Part shown: positions 1-14,886 of the stretch, in pieces
How the letters are laid out: the number at the start of each line of letters is the position of its first letter
Position numbering within the stretch: the first letter of the stretch is position 1
Assembly: GCA_963776345.1 (NCBI GenBank)
Contig: CAVZMH010000006.1
Coordinates: forward strand, 1-64,000
DNA from: an uncultured delta proteobacterium
Lineage (GTDB): Bacteria; Myxococcota; Myxococcia; Myxococcales; Myxococcaceae
Direction of reading: 5' to 3'
DNA length: 64,000 nt
The notes under the pieces: generated by a model
The model's input: only the letters and a program-made list of their open reading frames with translations
What the model was told of the DNA's origin: nothing
Database searches by the model: none
Translations under genes and position numbers: made by a program

Positions 1-696
1 GCCCGCCGCCACCCGCCCGAGCAGACCCGCATCCACGTCGAGCAGCGAGCGCACCACGGCATGCGCGCTGCCGAACCGCGGGTCCTCCACCGGCCAGCGC
101 TCCGGCACGGCGATGCAGCGCATCCCGGCGCCGGTGGCCGAGAGCACCCCGTTCACCGAGTCCTCCAGCGCCACGCACGCCGCCGGTGCGACGCCGAGCC
201 GCGCCGCGGTGGTGAGGTAGACGCCGGGGTGCGGCTTCCCGAACCGCTCCCCCTCCGCCGACACCACCTGCTCGAACTCGCCCCGCAACCGGAAGCGCTC
301 CAGCACGCCCTCGATCAGCACCAGCGGCGACGACGAGGCCAGCGCCACGCGCAGCCCGGCCCGGCGCACCACCTCCAGGCTCTGGTGCACGCCCGGCTTG
401 AGCGGCGCACGCTCGCCCAGGAGCGCCAGCACCCGGTGCAGGATGCGCCGCACCACCTCGTCCCGCGCAGGCACGGTCCAGGGGTGCCGCGCCGCCCAGT
501 ACGCGACAGCCTCGTCCATCCGGAGCCCGGTCGTCTCCTGGCAGCGCTCCCTGGTGAGCGGCACGCCCAGCGCGCCGAGCACCTCCATCTCGGCCTGCAT
601 CCAGCACGGCTCGGAGTCGATGAGCAGCCCGTCGAGATCGTAGATCACCGCGCGGAGCGCCCCTGCCGCCGAACCTCGGACCGGGCCGGGCGTCAC
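1..696 (-). CDS. HAD-IA family phosphatase (YniC/HxpB-like); 3' end runs off the window
   Basis: Not in the ORF track. Manual translation from GTG 696 (GTGA overlap with the uvrA stop) gives VIYDLDGLLIDSEP (HAD motif I), ALASSS, GKPHPGVY and ALEDSVNG; no stop before position 1. Confidence 0.85.
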   Translation of the reverse strand, partial: MTPGPVRGSAAGALRAVIYDLDGLLIDSEPCWMQAEMEVLGALGVPLTRERCQETTGLRMDEAVAYWAARHPWTVPARDEVVRRILHRVLALLGERAPLKPGVHQSLEVVRRAGLRVALASSSPLVLIEGVLERFRLRGEFEQVVSAEGERFGKPHPGVYLTTAARLGVAPAACVALEDSVNGVLSATGAGMRCIAVPERWPVEDPRFGSAHAVVRSLLDVDAGLLGRVAAG

Positions 697-3578
697 CGGG
701 CGGCGGCCGCCTGTCCCGGAGCCTCGACCGTCCGCGCCGGGCGCGACGTCCGCCCGCGCTCCAGGACCTGACCCAGGTACCGCCCGGTGTGGCTCGCCTC
801 GACGCCGGCCACCTGCTCGGGCGTCCCGGTGGCCAGGACCCGCCCTCCGCCGGCGCCCCCCTCGGGCCCCAGGTCGATGACCCAGTCCGCGCTCTTGATG
901 ACGTCGAGGTTGTGCTCGATCACCACCACCGTGTTGCCCGTCTCCACCAGCCGCTCCAGCACCCGGAGCAGCTTGCGGATGTCGTCGAAGTGAAGCCCGG
1001 TGGTCGGCTCGTCGAGGATGTAGAGCGTCTTCCCCGTCGCCACCCGCGCCAGCTCCCGGCTGAGCTTGATGCGCTGGGCCTCGCCGCCGGACAGCGTGGG
1101 CGAGCTCTGCCCCAGCCGGAGGTAGCCCAGGCCCACGTCCTCCAGCGTCTGGAGCACTCGCACGATGTCCTTGTGCACCGCGAAGTGCTCCTTCGCCTCG
1201 CGGACGCTCATCTCCAGCACCTCGGCGATGTTCTTGCCCTTGTACCGGACCCGCAGCGTGGCGTCGTTGAAGCGCTTGCCGCCGCAGACCTCGCAGGGGA
1301 CGTAGACGTCGGCGAGGAAGTGCATCTCCACCAGCTTGACCCCGTCGCCCTCGCACGACTCGCACCGGCCGCCCTTGACGTTGAAGCTGAAGCGGCTGGC
1401 CTCGTAGCCGAAGGCCCGCGCCTCCTGGGTGAGGGCGAACACCTCGCGGATGGCGTCGAACACCTTGGTGTAGGTCGCGGGATTGCTACGCGGGGTCCGG
1501 CCGATGGGCTTCTGGTCGATGTCGATGACCTTGTCGAGGTGCTCGACCCCCTTGAGCGCCTTGTGCCGCCCGGGCACCACCCGGGCCTCGCTCAGTCGCT
1601 GGGACAGCGCGGGGTAGAGGATCTCGTTCACCAGGGTGGACTTCCCGGCGCCGCTGACGCCGGTCACCGCGACCACCAGCCCCAGCGGGAACTCCACCGT
1701 GACGTTCTGGAGGTTGTTCTCCTTCGCTCCCTCCACCACCAGCTTCGCCGTCCCGGGCGTGCGCCGCCGGCGGGGGACCTCGATCGCCTCGCGACCGCTG
1801 AGGTACGCGCCGGTGAGGCTGTCCGGCGACGCCATCACCTGTGCCGGGGTGCCCTGGGCGACGATGCGGCCGCCGAGCTCGCCCGCGCCCGGACCGAAGT
1901 CGACGATCCAGTCCGCCGAATGCATCGTCTCCTCGTCGTGCTCCACGACGATGACCGAGTTGCCGAGGTCACGCAGCCGCTTCAGCGTCGCCAGCAGCTT
2001 GCCGTTGTCCCGCTGGTGCAGCCCGATGCTCGGCTCGTCCAGGATGTAGACCACCCCGGTGAGCTCGCTCCCCATCTGCGAGGCGAGCCGGATGCGCTGG
2101 CTCTCGCCGCCCGAGAGGGTCGCGGCGCTCCGGTCCAGCGTCAGGTAGCCGAGACCGACGTCGAGCAGGAATCCGAGCCGGCTCTGGATCTCCTTCAGGA
2201 GCTCCCGCGCCACCGGCTCCTCGGCGGCAGTGAGCGGCATCTTCGCCAGGAACTCGCGCGCCTCGGCGATGGTCAGCCGCGACAGCTCGACGATGCTCTT
2301 GCCGTGCACCTTGACCGCCCGCACCTCGGGCTTGAGCCGCTCGCCGTGGCAGGTGGGGCAGGGCTGGGGCGAGAAGAAGCGGGCGTAGTACTTCCGCATC
2401 GCCTCGCTCTGGGTCGTGCGGAAGCTGCGCAGAAGCTTGTGGACCATCCCTTCCCACTCCATGGTCCACTTTCCGCCCGAGCCCCACTTGACGGTGAACT
2501 CCTTGCCGCCGGTCCCGTAGAGCACGACGTCCCGCTCGCGCTTGCTCAGCTTCGACCACGGCACGTCCAGGTCGAGGTCGAACGCCTTCGCCAGCTGCTC
2601 CACGAACTCGGCCGTCCAGCCCTCGCCGCGGACCATCCCGCTGCTCCACGGCTCCACCGCGCCCTCGCGGATGGTGCGCGACGGGTCGGGGACGATGAGG
2701 TCCGGGTCCATCTCCGGCTTGGTCCCGAGCCCGTTGCAGTCCGGGCACATCCCCAGCGGGTTGTTGAAGCTGAAGTGCGCCGCCGTCAGCTCGCCGAACG
2801 ACAGGCCGCAGTGGTGGCAGGCGTTCAGCTCGCTCATCACCCGCGGGTTGCCCCCGGTCTCGTCGGTGAGGAGCAGCACGCCCTTGCCCTCGCGGAGCGC
2901 AGTCTCCACCGAGTCGGTGAGGCGCGACCGGAGGTCGGGCTTGAGGACCAGGCGGTCCACCACCACCTCGATGCTGTGCTTGGCCTTCTTGTCCAGGGTG
3001 ATGGGCTCCTCGAGGCCCCGCACCCGCCCGTCGACCCGCGCCCGGGCGAAGCCCCGCTTCTGCGCGTCGGCCAGCAGCTCGCGGTGCTCTCCCTTCCGCT
3101 CCTGGACCAGGGGAGCGAGGACCATCAGCTTCGTGCCCGCGGGCATCCGGAGGATCTCGTCGACGATCTGCTGGGCCGACTGCCGCCCGACCCGCCGGCC
3201 GCACTTCCAGCAATGCTGCACCCCGATGGAGGCGTAGAGGACGCGGAGGTAGTCGTGGACCTCGGTCACCGTGCCCACGGTGGACCGGGGGTTGTTGCTC
3301 GCCGCCTTCTGCTCGATGGAGATGGTCGGGGACAGCCCCCGGATCGTCTCGTACTTCGGCTTCTCCATCTGCCCGAGGAACTGCCGGGCGTACGCCGACA
3401 GGCTCTCCACGTACCGGCGCTGCCCCTCGGCATAGAGGGTGTCGAAGGCCAGCGAGCTCTTCCCGCTTCCGCTCACCCCGCTGAAGACCACCAGGGCCTT
3501 CTTGGGGATGTCGAGGGAGACGGACTTGAGGTTGTGCTCGGAGGCGCCCCGGATGGAGATGACGTCGGGCTCGGACAT
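693..3578 (-). CDS. uvrA: Excinuclease ABC subunit A
   Basis: Two Walker A motifs (GVSGSGKSS, GVSGAGKST), two LSGGE signatures, CxxC zinc fingers, EGQRRYVESLS. Confidence 0.98.
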   Translation of the reverse strand: MSEPDVISIRGASEHNLKSVSLDIPKKALVVFSGVSGSGKSSLAFDTLYAEGQRRYVESLSAYARQFLGQMEKPKYETIRGLSPTISIEQKAASNNPRSTVGTVTEVHDYLRVLYASIGVQHCWKCGRRVGRQSAQQIVDEILRMPAGTKLMVLAPLVQERKGEHRELLADAQKRGFARARVDGRVRGLEEPITLDKKAKHSIEVVVDRLVLKPDLRSRLTDSVETALREGKGVLLLTDETGGNPRVMSELNACHHCGLSFGELTAAHFSFNNPLGMCPDCNGLGTKPEMDPDLIVPDPSRTIREGAVEPWSSGMVRGEGWTAEFVEQLAKAFDLDLDVPWSKLSKRERDVVLYGTGGKEFTVKWGSGGKWTMEWEGMVHKLLRSFRTTQSEAMRKYYARFFSPQPCPTCHGERLKPEVRAVKVHGKSIVELSRLTIAEAREFLAKMPLTAAEEPVARELLKEIQSRLGFLLDVGLGYLTLDRSAATLSGGESQRIRLASQMGSELTGVVYILDEPSIGLHQRDNGKLLATLKRLRDLGNSVIVVEHDEETMHSADWIVDFGPGAGELGGRIVAQGTPAQVMASPDSLTGAYLSGREAIEVPRRRRTPGTAKLVVEGAKENNLQNVTVEFPLGLVVAVTGVSGAGKSTLVNEILYPALSQRLSEARVVPGRHKALKGVEHLDKVIDIDQKPIGRTPRSNPATYTKVFDAIREVFALTQEARAFGYEASRFSFNVKGGRCESCEGDGVKLVEMHFLADVYVPCEVCGGKRFNDATLRVRYKGKNIAEVLEMSVREAKEHFAVHKDIVRVLQTLEDVGLGYLRLGQSSPTLSGGEAQRIKLSRELARVATGKTLYILDEPTTGLHFDDIRKLLRVLERLVETGNTVVVIEHNLDVIKSADWVIDLGPEGGAGGGRVLATGTPEQVAGVEASHTGRYLGQVLERGRTSRPARTVEAPGQAAAAR

Positions 3579-3625
3579 GCGCAGCCAACCTTGTTAACAC
3601 CGGGCCCGAGCCGAGGGCACGGGCC

Positions 3626-4486
3626 ATGAGCGACACCGCTCTCATCGTGGGGGTGGGTGACATCCACGGGCGTTTCCACCGGGTGCGGACCTGGCTGGAC
3701 GCGCTCGAGCGCACGCTGGACCGCGCCATCGACGCGGTCCTGGCGGTCGGCGACGTGGAGGCCTTCCCGGTGGCCGACGACCACCGGCGCAAGGCGGTGA
3801 AGCGGAGCATGCCCGCCGAGTTCGCCGCCTTCGCCCGCGGCGAGACGCGGATGCCGCGGCCCTTCTACTTCATCGGCGGCAACAACGAGGACTTCGAGAC
3901 CCTCCACGGGCTTCCCCAGGGCGGCGAGGTGGCGCCCGGAGTCCACTATCTGGGCCGGGTCGGCGCGGCGACCATCGCCGGCGTGCGCATCGCCTGGCTG
4001 TCGGGCATCTACGCCCCGAAGTGGCTGGAGGCGCCGCTGCAGGCGCCGACCACCAGCGCGACCCGGAAGCAGGCCGGCTACTTCCGGCTCCCGGAGGTCG
4101 AGCGGCTCCGCTCCGAGCGCGACGTGGACCTCCTCTTGGCCCACGAGTGGCCGCGCGGACTCTTCGCCCGCACTCCCGGCAAGCCCGTTCGCCCGTGGAT
4201 GGGCAACCCGCTCACCCGCTCGGTGGCGGACGAGGTGCGGCCGCAGTGGCTGCTCTGCGGACACTCCCACGAGAGGTTCGCCGCGACACTGCACCACCCC
4301 GGGGACGTACAGACCCGCGTCGCCTGTCTCGACGAGGCGGGAGAGCCGGACGGCGCCGTGCTGTGGATGGAATGGAGCCGCGGCCAGGCCACGCGGGTGG
4401 GGTGGGGAATCGACGGACATGTGTCGTGGACACCCGCCCAGCCGTGGGGCGCTGCGCGAGGTGCCACCGTGCGGCGCGTGCCCTGA
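3626..4486 (+). CDS. Calcineurin-like metallophosphoesterase, Dbr1 (lariat debranching enzyme)-like
   Basis: GDIHG, VGD, FIGGNNE, LAHEWPRG and CGHSH motifs; the intervening segments also match Dbr1 (see findings). Confidence 0.88.
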   Translation: MSDTALIVGVGDIHGRFHRVRTWLDALERTLDRAIDAVLAVGDVEAFPVADDHRRKAVKRSMPAEFAAFARGETRMPRPFYFIGGNNEDFETLHGLPQGGEVAPGVHYLGRVGAATIAGVRIAWLSGIYAPKWLEAPLQAPTTSATRKQAGYFRLPEVERLRSERDVDLLLAHEWPRGLFARTPGKPVRPWMGNPLTRSVADEVRPQWLLCGHSHERFAATLHHPGDVQTRVACLDEAGEPDGAVLWMEWSRGQATRVGWGIDGHVSWTPAQPWGAARGATVRRVP

Positions 4487-4523
4487 ACGCACGCGCGGAT
4501 CGACCTGCTACGCTTCGCCCCGC

Positions 4524-6245
4524 GTGCGCACCTCAACGATGTCTCTCTGCCTGGTGCTCGCCGCGCTCGGGTCTGCATGCTCGGGGAGTACGCCGAACCT
4601 CGGGTCGGCCTCCTGCACTCCGAGCTGCGCGAGCGGGCTCACCTGCGTGGACAACGCCGACTTCCCGGGGGGCGTCTGCACCACCTCCTGCTCCGCCACC
4701 GGCACCTGCCCCTCGGGGAGCGCGTGCGTGCAGATGTCCACCGGCCAGTTCTGCGCGCCCTCCTGCGCCTCCGGGGACGGCTGTCCCACGGGCCTGGTGT
4801 GCGGCACTGCCGGCAGCGCGGGCAAGGTCTGCCTCGCCCCGGCGGCCGCGCCGGCCACGGCGGTCAGCTGCCCGAACGCCCCGGCGGTGAACAGCGGCGG
4901 GACCATCGCCGCCGCCGAGACCGCGGGCTGCGTGCAGCCCATCGTCCAGAGCACCTACGCCCCGGCCCCGCCGGCCGTCGGCGCGACGCTGGCGCTCGGC
5001 GTGCACCAGGTGGGGGAGAAGGTGCAGTTCCAGCTCCCGGCCGGGACCAGCGGATTCACCGTGGTGTCGCAGGGACAGTCGACCAACGTCTCGAAGGTGA
5101 GCGTCTTCGGAGGCGTGCTGCCGAACTCGCCGCTGCCGACGCCCATCGACGAGCCGAACGGGACCTTCTTCAACTACCCGAACTCCTTCGGGCAGGCCCC
5201 GTCCGACCGGGCGCTGACCTGGTCGCCCATCTCGCCGGTCACCGCGGCGGTGACCTTCCCCAACGGCACCGCGGGGCTGCTCAAGGCGGCGCAGGGGCTC
5301 ACCCCGGGGACGTGGAGCCTGACCGTCAGCGACCTCCTGCACGAGTGCGGGGCGCTCGCCTGCGGTGACCCCGCGTCGGGCTCCACCGCCAACCACTACG
5401 ACGTGACGGTCCTCACCCGCTCCGGCGGCATCCCGGCGCGCGGCGGGCTCGACCTCGCCATCTATCTGGTGTCCGGCAGCATCTCCGCGGCGACCGCCCC
5501 GGACGATCCCGACCTCCGGCGGATGGTCCAGCGGGTGACGGCAGACTTCGCGCGGGCCGGCGTCTGCCTGCAGACGGTGACCTACTACGACGTCCCCGCC
5601 TGGGCCCGGACCCGCTGGGCCGTGGTGCCGGTGAGCGCGGGCATCGCCGCCGAGCCGTGCAGCGAGTACCGCCAGCTCCTCACCCTCGCCCGGCCAGGCA
5701 ACGTGGTGAGCCTGTTCCTGGTCGATCAGATCACCGAGCCCAACGCCCCGCCCGGGACGAGGCTCGTCGGCTACGACGGCGCCATCCCGGGCGTGTCCAC
5801 CTTCAGCGGGACGACGGCGGGCGGAGCGATCGTCTCCGCGGCAGACGTCCACAGCACCGCCGGGTGCGGGACCAGCTTCAGCGTGTCCTGCGGCCCGGAC
5901 GTGGTCGGGGAGACGGTGGCGCACGAGGCCGCCCACGCGCTGGGGCTCTTCCACACCACCGAGAGCCAGGGCGCCTCGGGCGAGGACTTCGACCCGCTGA
6001 ACGACACGCCCCAGTGCCTGTGCTCCCTCTGCGTGAGTGCGTCCGACCGCGCGAGCTGCGCCGATCAGCCGAACGCGCCCGCGCAGCCCACCCTGGTGGA
6101 CGGCTCGAACTGCGCCCAGGGAACGCAGCCCTGCGGCGGGGCGGACTACCTCATGTTCTGGCAGCTCACGGACCTGTCGCGCGGGAACCTCTCGCCGCAG
6201 GAGGGCCAGGTGATGCGGATGAACCCGCTGGTGCGTCCGCTGTGA
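4524..6245 (+). CDS. Cys-rich lipoprotein with C-terminal metzincin metalloprotease domain (M43/pappalysin-like)
   Basis: Lipobox-like LGSAC after GTG 4524 or ATG 4539; N-terminal Cys repeats; HEAAHALGLFH zinc motif at about 5922-5954; candidate Met-turn YLMFW. Confidence 0.75.
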   Translation: MRTSTMSLCLVLAALGSACSGSTPNLGSASCTPSCASGLTCVDNADFPGGVCTTSCSATGTCPSGSACVQMSTGQFCAPSCASGDGCPTGLVCGTAGSAGKVCLAPAAAPATAVSCPNAPAVNSGGTIAAAETAGCVQPIVQSTYAPAPPAVGATLALGVHQVGEKVQFQLPAGTSGFTVVSQGQSTNVSKVSVFGGVLPNSPLPTPIDEPNGTFFNYPNSFGQAPSDRALTWSPISPVTAAVTFPNGTAGLLKAAQGLTPGTWSLTVSDLLHECGALACGDPASGSTANHYDVTVLTRSGGIPARGGLDLAIYLVSGSISAATAPDDPDLRRMVQRVTADFARAGVCLQTVTYYDVPAWARTRWAVVPVSAGIAAEPCSEYRQLLTLARPGNVVSLFLVDQITEPNAPPGTRLVGYDGAIPGVSTFSGTTAGGAIVSAADVHSTAGCGTSFSVSCGPDVVGETVAHEAAHALGLFHTTESQGASGEDFDPLNDTPQCLCSLCVSASDRASCADQPNAPAQPTLVDGSNCAQGTQPCGGADYLMFWQLTDLSRGNLSPQEGQVMRMNPLVRPL

Positions 6246-6805
6246 GCGCGCGGTCGACACCGCTGGCGCTGGCGGCGGCGCTGGTCCTGTGCGCATCGGT
6301 GCGCGGCGCGCCGGCCGAGCCCGAGGTCCGGGCCCGGGTGGAAGGGCTCCTCGGGGCCTACCGGGCGGTGACCGTCGCCGAGTGGCGGGCGGTCGGCCCC
6401 GACGCGGCGCCGGTGCTGGAGGCGGTGGCCCGCGATGCGGCCGCGCTGCCGACCTGGCGGGCGCGGGCGCTGGCGGCGCTCGGGGTCGTCCGGCCTGCCG
6501 CGGCCGCCCCGCTGGTCCGGCAGCTGGCGGCGGACGTCGGCGCCCCTCCTCTCGTTCGCTCGGCGGCGGTCGACGCCGCGCCGGGAGTGCTGGGAGCGGA
6601 CGCGGTGGCGTTCCTCACCCCGTTCCTCCGTGACGCGGACTCCGTCGTCCGCCAGAGGTCGGCCGAGGCGCTGGCCCTGTCCGGCCCCGCCGGTTGCCGG
6701 GCGGTGCTGGCCGAGGCGAAGGCGCATCCGCCGTCGGGCGCGCTGGCCAGGACTGCGGCGAGCTGTGCCGAGCAGCTCCGCACCGGCGCGCCGCCCGAGC
6801 GCTGA
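6242..6805 (+). CDS. Exported HEAT-repeat-like protein
   Basis: GTG overlaps the upstream TGA; signal peptide LALAAALVLCASVRGA; HEAT-like repeats RARALAALG, VRSAAVDA, LRDADSVVRQRSAEALAL. Confidence 0.65.
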   Translation: MSARSTPLALAAALVLCASVRGAPAEPEVRARVEGLLGAYRAVTVAEWRAVGPDAAPVLEAVARDAAALPTWRARALAALGVVRPAAAAPLVRQLAADVGAPPLVRSAAVDAAPGVLGADAVAFLTPFLRDADSVVRQRSAEALALSGPAGCRAVLAEAKAHPPSGALARTAASCAEQLRTGAPPER

Positions 6806-6919
6806 GCGCCGACGCGAGCGGTCGCTCGCTGGATCGCGAGGGCACCTCGGGAGGGCGCGCCGTCATCGGAGGAGCGGCCGGGTGGTGTCATCGCCCGGGC
6901 GTAGGGTGGCCGGTCCACC

Positions 6920-9900
6920 ATGGAAGCCCTGGGCCACGAGGAGGGCTGGACGCCCGAGCGGCTGCGGGATGCAGTCGTGCCTCCGTCCGGACTGAGGACG
7001 TGCAGCGGCGCCGCCCTGCAGGGGTTGCTCCTGGCGGCCGTGGACTCGGTCGGCCCGGGCCCGTTCGGCGCCGTCGCGCGGAGCCCCGCCTTCCTCCGGG
7101 GCCTCGAGGCGCTCCTCGACGAGCTGGCGCTGGGCGGCGTTTCCGCTGCGACGCTCGCCGAGGCGGCGGAGCGCATGGGCCCGCCCGGGGCCCGGCTCGC
7201 GCATCTCGCACAGGTGGTCGAGGCGTGCGGGGCCCGGATGGCCACCGCCCGCGTCGAGCTCGCCTCGGCACGCTGGGCCGCGGCGAGCGGCCTCCTGGCC
7301 CGCGGCTGGCCCTCGGAGCTCGGGGTCGACCCGCTGACGCTGATGCTCACCCCTCCCTTCGCCCCCGGCGTGGTGGGCTTCCTGGCCTCGCTGGCCCGGG
7401 CCGCCTCGGACTCCGGCCGCACGCTCGCGCTCCGGGTGCCGCTCGCCGGAGACGCCGGGCTCGACGCCGCGCTCGAGCCGCTGCTCCAGGCGTTCGAGGC
7501 CGGCCCGGACCTGCCAGGGGTGGAGCTGCTCCCGGAGCTTCCGGAGGGTCCGCTGTCCGGGCCCGTGCGGCACATGGCCGTCGCCGCGCCCGGCAGCGTC
7601 GCCACGGACGCGCTCCAGGCGGTGGTCGCTCCCGGCGCCCGGCGCGAGGCGGCTGCGCTGGTGGATGCGCTCCGCCGCGCGATCGAGGCCGGTGCTCCGC
7701 CCGACCGCTGCGCGCTGGCGGTGCTCGTGCCCCAGGACGCCCCCGAGCTCCTGAAGGCGCTGGAGGACGCAGGCCTTCCCTGCGGTCGCCGCCCCCCGGT
7801 CCCGCTGGGCAGCACCGTGGCGGGGAGGGTGGGGCTGGTCTGGGCGGGGCTCGCCGCCCGTCGCGCGCCCGCCGAGGATCTGGCGTGGCTCCTCCGCCAG
7901 CGGCTCCTGCCCGGCCTCCGACTCGACGGCCGGCTGGACCCGCTCCCGCTCCTGCGCCGCGCGGGCGTGCGGGATGCGTCGCTCGGCGCCGAGGGCCCGG
8001 CCAGCGCCTACCAGGTCCGGCTCTCGGCGTTCGCCGCGCGGAGGCGCGCCGCGGGTGAGCCACGCGACGCCGAGTCGGCGGAGCGGGTCCTGGAGGCGAC
8101 GCACGCGCTGCTCGGCCTGGCCGGGCGCATCCCCCGCCGGGGCCGGCTGTCCGAGCTGCTCGAGGCGTGGCGCGCCGGACTCGAGGCTGGAGGCTTCTGG
8201 ACGGCGCTCGAGCGCGAGCCTCTCGAGGCCGACCCGCCGGCGCGCCGGGCCACCGCCCGCGAGGCGGCGGCGGTGGAGGCGTGGCGGGCCTTCGTCCGCG
8301 ACACGCGCGCCGGCTGGAAGGCCGCCGGCACCCGGGGTCCGGAGATGGACCGCGCCGGGTTCGCGCGCTGGCTCGCCGATGCGGCCGCGAGCCTCCCGGT
8401 CGGCTCCGGCCCCGGGGTGCCGGGCGGAGTCGACGTGCTCCCCCTCGAGTCGCTGGGGGCCAGGCGCCTGGCCTTCCTGGGCGTGGCGGGCCTCGACGTG
8501 ACCAGCTTCCCCCGGCGCGCGGAGCCGCCGCTGCTCGGGGACGAGGAGCGGCAGGCCGTCCACGGCGTTCTCGGGCGAGTCGCGCTCCCCTCGCTGGTGG
8601 GGAGTGGAGACGCGCGGAGCGCGGTCGACGAGGCGGTGGACCGCTGGCGGCTGGGCCGGGCCATCGCCTCGTCGGAGCGGGTCGTGCTGGCGCGGCGCCG
8701 GTCTGCGGGCGGCGCCCCGGCGGACGTGGTGCAGCGGCTGCTCGCGGTGACCGGCGCCGTGGAGAGAGACCTCTCGGGCGAGCTGGTTCCGTGGCTCGAG
8801 GAGGCGCCGGGACCGGCCTGGGCGCGCATGCGGCTCGGGCTCGAGGCCTCCGTCGCTCCGGACCTCCGGAGCAGCCCGCTCGATCCGGTCGGCGCGGCCG
8901 CGCTCGACGCGGTCGCCGGTGCGCCGTGGCTCGGGGAGGCGTTGGCGCTCGCGGGCGTGGAGTCCGAGCGCCTCCGGGTCGGCGCGGGTCTCCTGGCGCC
9001 CGGCCCGCACAGCGGGCGGCTCGGCCCGGCGACCGACGTCGTCGCGGCCGTCGAGGCCAGGCTGGGAGGCGCCCCGGAGGGCCCCCTCTCCTCGACCAGC
9101 CTGACGGCGCTCGCCAACTGCCCCTTCCAGGGCCTGTCGCGGAAGGTGCTCGGCCTCGAGCCCCCGGAGGACGGCGCGGAGGAGCTCGACGCCCGGGGCC
9201 GGGGGCAGTTCCTCCACCAGGCGCTGGAGCAGCTGGTGAAGCGGCTGCTCCAGCTCGGGCTCGCCGAGGCGGACCCGGCCACGCTCCCGGAGGACCTGGT
9301 CCCGGCTGCGGTGGAGGCCGCGGCGCGTGAGCACGCCCGCCGCGCGCCCACCGGCCACCCGCGTCTGTGGGCGCTGGCGCAGGCCCGCGCCCGGCGGACG
9401 CTGGAGCGGCTGCTCCGCTCCGGGAAGCTCTACCCCTTCCCGGGCCTCCGGCCTGCCGCGGCCGAGGAACGCTTCGGGCCGGGCCTCGAGCTGCCGGCGG
9501 CGCTGCCCGGCGAGCGCCCGATCTACTTCCGGGGGACGCTCGATCGCGTCGACCGTGGCGACGCCGGGACGGGCGTCCTCGATTACAAGAGCAGCAAGCG
9601 CCGCGAGCGCGCCCGGGCGGAGGTCCTGGTCACCGACTTCCAGCTCCCGCTCTACCTGCTCGCGCTCCGGGCCCGCGGCGAGCGCCCGCCGTTCCAGGCC
9701 GGATGGTTGTCGCTGAAGACGATGGAGTTCCTCCCGCTGGATCCAGACCGCACCGGTCCGCTGGAGACCTTCCTCGCCACGGACGCCGCGACGCGCACCT
9801 CGGCCAGCAGCCCGAACCTCGCGACCGCGGTGCACGCGCTGCTCGCCGAGCCGCGCCAGGGGCTGTTCCCCGTCCGCCCGCGCGAGTGCGGCTTCTGTCC

Positions 9901-9954
9901 GCTCGGCTCGGTGTGCCGCATCTCCGAGCGGCGGGCGCCGCAGGGGGGAGAGGG

Positions 9955-9958
<4 letters not shown>
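6920..9958 (+). CDS. addB: AddB/RexB-like subunit with C-terminal PD-(D/E)XK nuclease
   Basis: RGTLDRVD...VLDYKS, FQLPLY, Fe-S staple cysteines (NCPF; CGFCPLGSVC); ATGA-coupled to the helicase gene. Confidence 0.8.
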
Positions 9959-14768
<4,810 letters not shown>

Positions 14769-14886
14769 GCGGCTTCCAGGTCCCTGGAAAGCGGCTTCGG
14801 GGTGCAGCCGAGGCCGCGCCAGGGGTATGAGGGAGCCGAGCGCGGGGCAGCGGTGGTCATCCCGGGGCTCAGGAGCGGGTGCAGTC

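Noticed and set aside
14774..14789. Hairpin ttccag-gtcc-ctggaa after purA as an intrinsic terminator
   Set aside because: Short stem with no U-tract; insufficient support.
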